A DNA stretch of 52,332 nucleotides from positions 1 through 52,332 of the forward strand of contig CALVSS010000001.1 in the NCBI GenBank assembly GCA_944359095.1, given 5' to 3'. The stretch's first letter is position 1. The number at the start of each line of letters is the position of its first letter. Under the pieces are notes generated by a model, which was given only the letters and a program-made list of their open reading frames with translations, ran no database searches and was not told the origin of the DNA. Shown here piece by piece: positions 17,972 through 25,729 of the stretch. The translations under genes were made by a program, and so were the position numbers. Source of the stretch: an uncultured Bacilli bacterium. Its GTDB lineage: Bacteria; Bacillota_I; Bacilli_A; RF39; UBA660.

Positions 17972-19242
17972 GATTTCGTAAGACTAAATTAAGTCATCAA
18001 TTAATTGCGTTAATTGGTTTGGCCTTTGTTATTTTATTTATTTCCTTAGGTGTCATTCTTCCCAAAATGTTAATTCCAGTAGCTGAAAAAAATATTTATA
18101 CTTATTTAAGTGAACCTCTTAAATTTGTTGGTGATAACCGTATAGACAAATCATTACTTAATACCAAAGTTGCTTATATTTATATCGTTGATGATAATGT
18201 CTCAACCAGTGAAAATATTCAACAAGTAATAAACATCGTAGATATTAATAAATTATTATCCTATATTAAAAATGATTATGGAAAATTTAAATATAATCAT
18301 AATACTTACTACTACTATACAATTACAAAAGATGATATTACAAAAGTCGCTATCTCTAATGATAATTATATTAACGAAACAAAAGAAGCTATTTTAAGCA
18401 CCATCTTTCCAATAGTTTTGAGTACGTGTTTATTAATTGGTTTACTTCTTGTTATTTGGTCTTCCTTTATTGTTAAGAAGATTGAAAAATTAAAAGACAA
18501 GATTGACAATATTGATAACCCGGATTATAATCATAATATTAATTTTGAAATCGATGATGAAATAAAGAGTCTTGCTTTAGCAATCGAAGATATGCGAATT
18601 TCTTTAATTAACCAAGAGGAATATCGTAATCAAATGTATCAAAATATATCACATGATTTTAAAACACCTCTCACCGTTATAAAATCATATATTGAAGCTG
18701 TTGAAGATAATGTTGAAGATAGTAATACCGCACTTCAAGTTATTAAACAACAGACAAACAAATTAGAAAATAAAGTACACTCACTTCTTTACTTAAACAA
18801 ACTTGATTATCTCAAGAATTCTAAAAATATTGAAAACGATTTAGTTGATATGGAGCAAATTATAGAGATTGAAGTAAATAAATTTAAGTTTCATAGAAAA
18901 GAAATTAATTTTGTTGTAGATGTTGATAAAAAATCCAAATATTATGGTACTATGGAACATTGGGAAACCATTTTTGATAATTTGCTTTCTAATTTTATGA
19001 GATATACTAATACTACTATTAAAATTACTGCAAAACAAAATAAACTCGTTTTATATAATGATGGTGAACACATCGATGAAGATTTCCTTGAAGGAATTTT
19101 TACTCCGTTCCGTAAAGGAATTAAAGGCGAGTTTGGACTTGGACTTTCGATTGTTAAAAAGACATTAAATATTATGAATTATGATATTACTATTAAAAAT
19201 GATAAAAAAGGTGTATCCTTTATCATTAAAAGAAATTCTTGA
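17968..19242 (+). CDS. sensor histidine kinase (two TM segments flanking a ~115-aa extracytoplasmic domain)
   Basis: H-box ISHDFKTPLT, N-box LLSNFMRY and G-box GLGLSIV. TM helices near residues 10-32 and 145-168. ATGA overlap with the regulator gene. Confidence 0.9.
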   Translation: MRFRKTKLSHQLIALIGLAFVILFISLGVILPKMLIPVAEKNIYTYLSEPLKFVGDNRIDKSLLNTKVAYIYIVDDNVSTSENIQQVINIVDINKLLSYIKNDYGKFKYNHNTYYYYTITKDDITKVAISNDNYINETKEAILSTIFPIVLSTCLLIGLLLVIWSSFIVKKIEKLKDKIDNIDNPDYNHNINFEIDDEIKSLALAIEDMRISLINQEEYRNQMYQNISHDFKTPLTVIKSYIEAVEDNVEDSNTALQVIKQQTNKLENKVHSLLYLNKLDYLKNSKNIENDLVDMEQIIEIEVNKFKFHRKEINFVVDVDKKSKYYGTMEHWETIFDNLLSNFMRYTNTTIKITAKQNKLVLYNDGEHIDEDFLEGIFTPFRKGIKGEFGLGLSIVKKTLNIMNYDITIKNDKKGVSFIIKRNS

Positions 19243-19261
19243 AAATAGAATTTCTTTTTTT
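19231..19261 (+). terminator. rho-independent terminator closing the two-component operon
   Basis: Perfect 9-bp stem AGAAATTCT (19231-19239) / AGAATTTCT (19247-19255) followed by T6. The kinase TGA stop lies in the loop. Confidence 0.85.
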
Positions 19262-19286
19262 GGGTATAGTAATAGTAGGTGATCAT

Positions 19287-20060
19287 ATGAGAGTTTTAAT
19301 TACTGGTGCTTCTTCTGGTATTGGATATGAAGTTGGGAAATTATTAGCTAATCGTGGTCACTTAGTTTATATGACCTGTAGAACGGAAAAAGAAGTTTCT
19401 TATTTACAAGAGAAATTGCGAGTAGAGGGAATTTCTGCTATTTGTTTTAAATTAGATTTACTGTCTTCGGATATTGATTTAGTTGATTCTTTAGATATTG
19501 ATTGTTTATTTAATCATGCGGGAATTGGAGTGGGTGGGAGTGTTTTATTATTGGATGAAGATGCTTTACGAGATGTTTATGAAGTGAATTTTTTTCGCTC
19601 TTTTTTACTTTTAAAAAAAGTGTATCAGCATATGGTAGAAAAACATATTCATGGTAAAATCTTTGTGACTTCTTCTTTACTTTCTTTGTTTCCGTTACCT
19701 TTTTTAGGAGTCTATGGTTCTAGTAAAGCAGCTATTTCTCATTTGGTTAAAACGTTAACTTGGGAGAGTAGGGTTTTAGGAAATCATATTTCGTTTTGTT
19801 TAGTAGAGCCTGGTGCTTATGCAACTGGGTTTAATCAACTTATGATGGATACTTCTTTTCGATATGAAGAAGTTTCTTCTTTTACTATTTCTATTTATCA
19901 GATGCAGCGAAAATTATTTTCTTTATTGGAGTCTAAAAATATTTCTTATTTAGCTCAAAGGATTGTTCGTGAAATGGAACAAAAAAAAGCGAAGAAAATT
20001 CTTCGCGTTCCTAAAATACAAGGATTATTGTTAAAAATTTATTTTCTTTTCTTTGAGTAA
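19287..20060 (+). CDS. short-chain dehydrogenase/reductase (SDR)
   Basis: VLITGASSGIG cofactor motif and YGSSKAA catalytic motif. ATG 19287 follows TAGGTGA. The upstream part of track ORF 19239 covers the terminator. Confidence 0.85.
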   Translation: MRVLITGASSGIGYEVGKLLANRGHLVYMTCRTEKEVSYLQEKLRVEGISAICFKLDLLSSDIDLVDSLDIDCLFNHAGIGVGGSVLLLDEDALRDVYEVNFFRSFLLLKKVYQHMVEKHIHGKIFVTSSLLSLFPLPFLGVYGSSKAAISHLVKTLTWESRVLGNHISFCLVEPGAYATGFNQLMMDTSFRYEEVSSFTISIYQMQRKLFSLLESKNISYLAQRIVREMEQKKAKKILRVPKIQGLLLKIYFLFFE

Positions 20061-20368
20061 ATTTTTTGTAATTCTTGTTCTTTTTCTGCAGATAAAGGTT
20101 TTAATGTTGTTTTATCCATATAAGGTATGATTGATTTTTGAAGTTCTTCTAATTTCATTTGTTTATTAGTTTCAGCATAATTTGCTAACCAATCAGCAGC
20201 TTCATTTAGAGTATTGGTTGCAGATTTTGTATCTACTGTTAACCATCTACCAAATGCATTTCTAAAATGAGGTACTTCTTTCTTTAATAAAATAAAATTA
20301 TATTTAAGTGGTTTAACACTTTTTATTTGTAATCCTTTAATATCTGCACTATAATATTTTTGTTGCAT
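20039..20368 (-). CDS. hypothetical protein, 109 aa
   Basis: Strong SD (AAGGAGAAGGAGA) upstream of the ATG. I recognise no family. The 3' end overlaps the convergent SDR gene by 22 nt. Confidence 0.55.
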   Translation of the reverse strand: MQQKYYSADIKGLQIKSVKPLKYNFILLKKEVPHFRNAFGRWLTVDTKSATNTLNEAADWLANYAETNKQMKLEELQKSIIPYMDKTTLKPLSAEKEQELQKIYSKKRK

Positions 20369-20501
20369 TATATCTCCTTCTCCTTTAGTAGAATATATTA
20401 TATACCAATTTTGTTGATTTGTATAGTAAAAGTTTGCAAAATTTAAAAAAAGATATTGTCAAAGTGATTTTCTTATGTTATTATTATATTGTTCTGTTTA
20501 T

Positions 20502-20578
20502 GGCGATGTAGCTCAGCTGGCTAGAGCGTCTGGTTCATACCCAGAAGGTCGGGGGTTCGATCCCCTCCGTCGCTACCA
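20502..20578 (+). tRNA. tRNA-Met (CAT), elongator type, CCA encoded
   Basis: GGCGATGTAGCTCAGCTGGCTAGAGCGTCTGGTTCATACCCAGAAGGTCGGGGGTTCGATCCCCTCCGTCGCTACCA folds as a cloverleaf with anticodon loop TTCATAC. It is nearly identical to the Bacillus elongator tRNA-Met as I remember it. The anticodon stem lacks the three G-C pairs of initiator tRNA. Confidence 0.9.
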
Positions 20579-20589
20579 TTTTGATAATT

Positions 20590-20613
20590 ACTAGGTTTTA
20601 TACCTAGTTTTTT
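20590..20613. terminator. terminator after tRNA-Met (also faces the convergent yqfQ-like gene)
   Basis: ACTAGGT (20590-20596) pairs with ACCTAGT (20602-20608), loop TTTAT, then T5. Confidence 0.8.
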
Positions 20614-20615
20614 GT

Positions 20616-20930
20616 TTAAATATAAAAAATAGGTTGGTTTTTATTATTCTCTAATTTTTCTTTAGGAGATGGTACTTGGTCTTCTTGGTCGTTTATATTA
20701 ACAACCGAATCATCACTTTTTATAGCTCCTGCTATTTTAAATAAAGTTCTAGCATTATTAACGATTGGTTTTATTTGATAAACAACGGGAATTGCTTGAT
20801 TAATGACTCCTAGTGTTTTTTGAGTTCCATCTAATAGACCAGACCAATTAATAGATTTTAAACTACTTAGTCCTCTAGTTAATAGTCCTGTTTTGGTAGT
20901 AGCATTAAATAGATAAGGATTTGGATACAT
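20616..20930 (-). CDS. YqfQ/VrrA-like small protein
   Basis: MYPNPY...INWSGLLDGTQKTLGVINQAIPVVYQIKPIVNNARTLFKI resembles the conserved core of Bacillus YqfQ-family proteins (from memory). ATG 20930 lies 4 nt after AGGTGA; the track start at 20960 is a TTG. Confidence 0.5.
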   Translation of the reverse strand: MYPNPYLFNATTKTGLLTRGLSSLKSINWSGLLDGTQKTLGVINQAIPVVYQIKPIVNNARTLFKIAGAIKSDDSVVNINDQEDQVPSPKEKLENNKNQPIFYI

Positions 20931-21040
20931 ATCATCACCTCTTATCTTAATATATGTCAATTAACTAGAAAAGTTCTTTTATTTATTTTCAAAAAAAATA
21001 TGTTATGATATACTTATATAAGAATAGGGAGTGGTGTAGT

Positions 21041-22516
21041 GTGAACGTACTTTTAAAACCTTTTATTGCGGTGTATCATGGATTAAAAGCAATTGGACGT
21101 TTGCCTAAAAAATTATTTCATAAAACAGAAGAGTCTATAGAAAAAGCTGAAAATGCTAAGGCGATTAAAGAAAATACTGTTAAATCTAATCCTTCAAATG
21201 AGAATCAAGGAAAAGTAGAAAATCAGGAAAAGACTCCTGAAAATAAGAATTCTCAGGCAAATAATTCAGCTACCGATAAAAAGGAAGAAGAAGAAAATGC
21301 CAGACCAATGATTAAGTATCGTTATGTTGTTATTAATGCGATGGGTAAAAAAGAAAATGGTACTTTTGAAGCTGAAAGTGAAGCAGAAGTTCGTAATTTC
21401 TTAGCTTCTCAAGATTATGAGATTGTTTCTGTAAAAGTTCGACCAGCTTATGATATAGATATTAATGACTATGCTAAAATTAGAGTATCTGATTTGTCTT
21501 TTGCATTGACACAATTATCTACTTATATTAAATCTGGTATTCCACTTGTTGATGCTGTTAAGATTTTGGCTAAACAGTCTACAAAACCAGCAACTAAAAA
21601 GTCTTTTCAACGTTTAGTTTATGAACTTTTAAAGGGTGAAAACTTATCTAGCGCTATGGAAAAGCAAAAGAATGTTTATCCTAAATTATTAATTAATATG
21701 GTTAAAACAGCTGAAATGACTGGAGATTTGCCATCTATTTTGGATGATATGGCTGAATATTATACCTCTATGGAACGAACTCGTAAACAAATGATTAGTG
21801 CCATGACTTATCCTTGTGTTGTTTTAGCAATTGCCTTTGGTGTTTTAATCTTTATGCTTACTTACTTAGTTCCTCAGTTTGCAGTTATGTTTGAAAGTAA
21901 CGATGCAGAATTACCTGCTTTGACATTAACTGTTCTTGGAGCTAGTGATTTTATTAAAAAGAATTATATTTTGTTGATTGTAGCTATATTAGGTTCTGTT
22001 ATTGCCTTTGTTTTTGCTTATAAAAAGATAGTTAGTTTCCGTACTGCTGTACAGGTATTTTTAATGCATATTCCAGTTGTTAAAAGTATCATCATTTATA
22101 ATGAGGTTGCTAATTTTACTAAGACTTTTGCTTCTTTAATTAATCATGGTGTTTTTATTACCGATAGTATGGAAATTTTATCTAGAATTACCAATAATGA
22201 AATTTATAAGAGGATTATTAATAAGACCTTGCATAATTTAGGTAAAGGGGATTCTATTTCTGCTTCTTTCCGTGGAGAGTGGGCTTTCCCAGTTGTTGCT
22301 TATGAAATGCTAGTTACTGGTGAATCTACTGGTCAACTTGGTCTTATGATGGAAAAAGTTGCTGACCATTTTCAGGCTTTACATAAATCTGTTATTGATC
22401 AGTTAAAGAGTTTAATGGAACCATTAATGATTTGTGCTTTGGCTGTTGTTGTAGGAATTATTTTACTTTCTATTATTCAACCAATGTTTGAAATTTATGG
22501 TCAAATTCAACAGTAA
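21041..22516 (+). CDS. type IV pilus/ComG platform protein (PilC/ComGB, GspF family) with N-terminal low-complexity extension
   Basis: Two GspF-type repeats, three TM segments and a C-terminal ...LLSIIQPMFEIYGQI. GTG 21041 lies behind GGGAGTGG. The canonical GspF N-terminus (MIKYRYVVINAMGKKENGTFEAES) only begins at 21308. Confidence 0.85.
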   Translation: MNVLLKPFIAVYHGLKAIGRLPKKLFHKTEESIEKAENAKAIKENTVKSNPSNENQGKVENQEKTPENKNSQANNSATDKKEEEENARPMIKYRYVVINAMGKKENGTFEAESEAEVRNFLASQDYEIVSVKVRPAYDIDINDYAKIRVSDLSFALTQLSTYIKSGIPLVDAVKILAKQSTKPATKKSFQRLVYELLKGENLSSAMEKQKNVYPKLLINMVKTAEMTGDLPSILDDMAEYYTSMERTRKQMISAMTYPCVVLAIAFGVLIFMLTYLVPQFAVMFESNDAELPALTLTVLGASDFIKKNYILLIVAILGSVIAFVFAYKKIVSFRTAVQVFLMHIPVVKSIIIYNEVANFTKTFASLINHGVFITDSMEILSRITNNEIYKRIINKTLHNLGKGDSISASFRGEWAFPVVAYEMLVTGESTGQLGLMMEKVADHFQALHKSVIDQLKSLMEPLMICALAVVVGIILLSIIQPMFEIYGQIQQ

Positions 22517-22527
22517 GGAGGATAATT

Positions 22528-23289
22528 ATGAATCTTTTATACTTAATTATCTTTTTTATTTTAGGAGCTTTTTTAGGAGGATTTTATTCTACTTTAGGAA
22601 AAAGATTAGCTGAGGAAAAATATCACTTTTTTCCTTATCACTGTGATTATTGCTATCACAGACTTTCTTTTTTAGAATCTATTCCTATTGTTTCTTATTT
22701 CTTATTAAAGGGCAGATGTCTTAAGTGTCATAGAAAAATTGATACTATGGAAATCATGATGGAGTTTTTTACTGGTATATTATTTTCAGTATCTTTCTAT
22801 AGTTTTCATTTTTCTTATCAATTATTGATAGCTTTAGGAATTGTTTCTTTACTTATTATTGTAACTGTTAGTGATTTAAATTATATGATTATTCCTGATG
22901 AAGTGTTGATATTTTTTGTTTTATATTTTATACTTATTCAGTTTTTAGGGGCTGGTATTTTTTCTGCTTTTCAACATATTCTTTATGGAATTTTCTTATT
23001 TTTGTTAATGTATTTTATTATGTTTGTGAGTGAGAAAGCATTTCAAAAGGAAAGCCTTGGTGGAGGAGACGTTAAGATGATGTTTTTATTCGGTCTTGTC
23101 TTAGATCCTTTACTAGGAACAGTAGCTATCTTTTTAGGAAGTATTTTTGCTTTACCAATGTCTTTATTTCTACTTTATAAAAATAATGAAAAAGCAATTC
23201 CTTTTGGTCCGTTTTTATTATTAGCATTGGCTTTTTTATATTTTACAAAAATTACTCCAGAAATGCTTGTTTCTTGGTTTGGTTTTTAA
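22528..23289 (+). CDS. prepilin peptidase (A24 family, PilD/ComC)
   Basis: N-terminal CxxC...CxxC (CDYCYHRL...CLKCHRKI), the two catalytic Asp contexts (VSDLNYMIIPD and GGGDVKMM), and 7-8 TM segments. AAGGAGG SD. Confidence 0.9.
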   Translation: MNLLYLIIFFILGAFLGGFYSTLGKRLAEEKYHFFPYHCDYCYHRLSFLESIPIVSYFLLKGRCLKCHRKIDTMEIMMEFFTGILFSVSFYSFHFSYQLLIALGIVSLLIIVTVSDLNYMIIPDEVLIFFVLYFILIQFLGAGIFSAFQHILYGIFLFLLMYFIMFVSEKAFQKESLGGGDVKMMFLFGLVLDPLLGTVAIFLGSIFALPMSLFLLYKNNEKAIPFGPFLLLALAFLYFTKITPEMLVSWFGF

Positions 23290-23394
23290 TCGTGAATTTT
23301 TAAACTAAATGCAGTTTTAAAAAATAAAACTTAATTTACAAGACTTATTACTGGTTTAGAATAAGAAAACGGAAATAAGTCTTTTAATTTTGTT

Positions 23395-23412
23395 TAATAT
23401 TAGCTAATATTA
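23395..23412. promoter_or_regulatory. 18-bp perfect palindrome TAATATTAGCTAATATTA (operator-like)
   Basis: The reverse complement is identical over 18 bp. It lies in the loop of the 13-bp long-range stem 23366-23378/23444-23456. Confidence 0.4.
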
Positions 23413-23529
23413 TTTAAATTATTGCATGACAAAATTACGGAGGTTATTTCCGTTTTTCATACTAATTTCAGTTTTTTTCAATATAACTAGAGTAATTGAA
23501 TAGTCGTAAGATGTGTATATTTATAGATA

Positions 23530-23554
23530 ACAAACAAAGATGAACTTTGTTTGT
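23530..23554. other. perfect 10-bp hairpin ACAAACAAAG-ATGAA-CTTTGTTTGT in ORF-free intergenic region
   Basis: Arms at 23530-23539 and 23545-23554 are exactly complementary. No clean T-run follows, so this is not an obvious terminator. Confidence 0.5.
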
Positions 23555-23710
23555 ATTAAGTATTATATTTTATTAGACTACTATCAGACTTATTTCAGTT
23601 TTTTATTATAAAACGGAATTCCAAATAAAAATCTACGGTTTGGTTTTTAATAGGAAGTTTTACTTTCTTTTTTTTTGAAATTATTGTACGATAGTTAGTA
23701 GGTGATGGGG

Positions 23711-25015
23711 ATGAAAACAAGAACAATTTTACCAGCAGATACTTATACAGTGATTAATAAAACAGTTATTCATGATTCTGATCGTAGTTTAATTAGTATG
23801 CTTTATCAACCTATTATTGGGTATACTGCGGTATCTTTATATTTTACTTTGTTAGATGATTTAGATAAATTTGAAGTTATGAGTCAAGACTTTACACATC
23901 ATCATTTAATGGCAACAATGCAGTTAAAGTTAGATGATATTGTGGTTGCGCGAGAAAAGTTAGAAGCATGTGGACTTTTGAAGACTTATTTTAAAGCAGG
24001 AAATATTAATCAGTATGTATACTTGATTTATTCTCCTATGTCTGCTCATGATTTTTTAACGCATCCTATTTTAAATGTAGTTTTATATAATAATCTTGGT
24101 AAAAAAGAGTATGATAGAGTAGTTAGTTATTTTAAAATTCCCCATATTAATTTAAGTGATTATGAAGATGTGACGGCTAGATTTGATGAAGTATTTACTA
24201 CGACTAGAGGTAATGTTTTTGAAGTTAATGAAGAAATTCGTAAGAGAAATGTTAATGTTCCGTTAGTTGATAAACAAATTGATTTTAATATGCTTATTTC
24301 TAGTATTCCGTCTAGTATGGTAAATGAACGATGCTTTTCTAAAGATGTTAAAGATTTAATTAATGCTTTAAGCTTTACCTATCATTTAGATACCTTAGCT
24401 ATGCAGGGACTTGTTCGTGATTCATTGACAGAAAAGGGAATGATTAATAAAACATTACTTCGTAAAAGTTGTCGAGAATATTATCAGTTTGAGCATGCTG
24501 GTGATTTACCTACTGTTATTTATAATAAACAGCCAGAATATTTAAAGAAGCCGGAAGGGGACCATTCTAAATGGGCTAAAATGGTTTATGCTTTTGAAAA
24601 TTTAACACCTTATCAGTTTTTAAAAGCCAAATATAAGGGGGCAGAACCTACGGATAGAGATAAGAGATTGATTGAGAATTTATTAATTGATCAAAAATTA
24701 AATCCTGGTGTTGTTAATGTATTAATTGCTTATGTTTTAAAAATTAATCATGAACAATTAAAAAAGAGTTATGTAGAAACGATTGCAGGTCAGTGGAAGA
24801 GGCTTAATATTGAAACGGTAGAAGATGCAATGAAAATTGCTGAAAAAGAGCACAAGAAGATGAAGAAAGTTTTAAATAAGGATAAACCTAGTAAAGCTTC
24901 TATTTCTAAGAAGGAAGCTACTGTTCCTGCCTGGTTTGATAAAGAGTTAAAGAGTGAAGAGACGACTCCTGAAGAGGAGGAAGAATTAAATCAAATTTTA
25001 AAGGAGCTTATCTAG
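23711..25015 (+). CDS. dnaB: replication initiation/membrane attachment protein, Bacillus DnaB type (helicase-loading factor, DnaD-like domains; not the replicative helicase)
   Basis: LISMLYQPIIGYTAVSLYFTLLDD and ...LNPGVVNVLIAYVL...SYVETIAGQWKR match the conserved N- and C-terminal blocks of B. subtilis DnaB (from memory). ATG 23711 lies 6 nt after AGGTGA. Confidence 0.8.
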   Translation: MKTRTILPADTYTVINKTVIHDSDRSLISMLYQPIIGYTAVSLYFTLLDDLDKFEVMSQDFTHHHLMATMQLKLDDIVVAREKLEACGLLKTYFKAGNINQYVYLIYSPMSAHDFLTHPILNVVLYNNLGKKEYDRVVSYFKIPHINLSDYEDVTARFDEVFTTTRGNVFEVNEEIRKRNVNVPLVDKQIDFNMLISSIPSSMVNERCFSKDVKDLINALSFTYHLDTLAMQGLVRDSLTEKGMINKTLLRKSCREYYQFEHAGDLPTVIYNKQPEYLKKPEGDHSKWAKMVYAFENLTPYQFLKAKYKGAEPTDRDKRLIENLLIDQKLNPGVVNVLIAYVLKINHEQLKKSYVETIAGQWKRLNIETVEDAMKIAEKEHKKMKKVLNKDKPSKASISKKEATVPAWFDKELKSEETTPEEEEELNQILKELI

Positions 25016-25041
25016 GCAAATTTGCATTCTTTTTTTCTCTA

Positions 25042-25050
25042 TGGTATAAT
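25042..25050 (+). promoter_or_regulatory. extended -10 element TGGTATAAT
   Basis: ATGGTATAATTT recurs at 25041, 25698 and 41001, each upstream of a gene start. Confidence 0.55.
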
Positions 25051-25162
25051 TTATTTATATGTCATTTTCTATTATGCTTATTTCTTGCGTTATCTACTAA
25101 TTTGTGTTATCATTGTATCGTAAGATTTTGCATAAAATATATAGGATGAAAAGGATGTTTAT

Positions 25163-25663
25163 ATGAATAGTTATATGGATGAAGAATTTGAAAGTATTAT
25201 TAGTCCAATTCTTGAAATAGATGAATTTAATCAGTTAAAATATATTACTCATCATGGAATTACGAGATTTGATCACTCTATGAGAGTTGCTTATTTTTCT
25301 TATAAAGTTTGTAAAGCTTTACATTTAAATTATAAAGAAGTAACAGAAGCTGCTTTACTTCATGACTTTTTCTTTCATGAAGTAGAACATGAAAGTAAGA
25401 CTGGTCGTTTACGACATCATCCAGATTATGCTGTTAAAAATGCTTCTAAATATTTTGATTTGACAGATCGACAAGTAGATATTATTCGTACCCATATGTT
25501 TCCAGTTACTTTTACGCCACCTAAATATTTAGAAAGTTGGATTGTTGACTTTTTAGATGATATTGCGGCTGTTTATGAAAAAGGGTATTGTATACATCAT
25601 GAAGTTCGTATGACTATGGTTTTATTTATGTTTTTTGTTGTAAATTTTGTTAAAATGAGATAA
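25163..25663 (+). CDS. HD-domain protein
   Basis: HHGITRFDHSMRVA and LLHDFFFHE form an HD metal-binding pattern. The C-terminus is hydrophobic. Confidence 0.7.
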   Translation: MNSYMDEEFESIISPILEIDEFNQLKYITHHGITRFDHSMRVAYFSYKVCKALHLNYKEVTEAALLHDFFFHEVEHESKTGRLRHHPDYAVKNASKYFDLTDRQVDIIRTHMFPVTFTPPKYLESWIVDFLDDIAAVYEKGYCIHHEVRMTMVLFMFFVVNFVKMR

Positions 25664-25687
25664 TTCCTTGATTATCTCTTTTTTTTA
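25657..25687 (+). terminator. rho-independent terminator
   Basis: GAGATAAT (25657-25664) pairs with ATTATCTC (25671-25678) and is followed by T9. The stop codon lies in the stem. Confidence 0.85.
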
Positions 25688-25698
25688 TTTCTTATTTA

Positions 25699-25707
25699 TG
25701 GTATAAT
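25699..25707 (+). promoter_or_regulatory. extended -10 element TGGTATAAT
   Basis: TGnTATAAT lies 23 nt upstream of ATG 25730. It overlaps the start of track ORF 25709, which is therefore too long. Confidence 0.55.
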
Positions 25708-25729
25708 TTTGCAAGAAAGAAGTGATAGT

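Noticed and set aside
20502-20578. Whether the CAT-anticodon tRNA is an initiator tRNA-fMet or a lysidine-modified tRNA-Ile2.
   Set aside because: Position 1-72 is a normal G-C pair and the anticodon stem (TCTGG/CCAGA) lacks the three consecutive G-C pairs of initiators. The overall sequence is closest to Bacillus elongator tRNA-Met as I remember it. Ile2 cannot be strictly excluded without a classifier.
23426-23503. 25-codon hydrophobic ORF MTKLRRLFPFFILISVFFNITRVIE, which looks like a type I toxin.
   Set aside because: There is no SD upstream of the ATG, and I cannot identify a convincing promoter or antisense RNA pair by eye. It remains a remote possibility worth a Ribo-seq look.
23290-23710. 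Possibility that the long AT-rich spacer upstream of the DnaB-type loader gene is a replication origin.
   Set aside because: I could not find TTATCCACA-like DnaA boxes on either strand, and dnaA/dnaN are absent from the window. The visible order is RNA-like (complementary segments with T-runs).
25059-25100. 13-codon ORF MSFSIMLISCVIY starting 8 nt after the TGGTATAAT -10 element in the leader of the HD-domain gene.
   Set aside because: It is too short, has no SD, and nothing supports it beyond position. It could be chance in AT-rich sequence.
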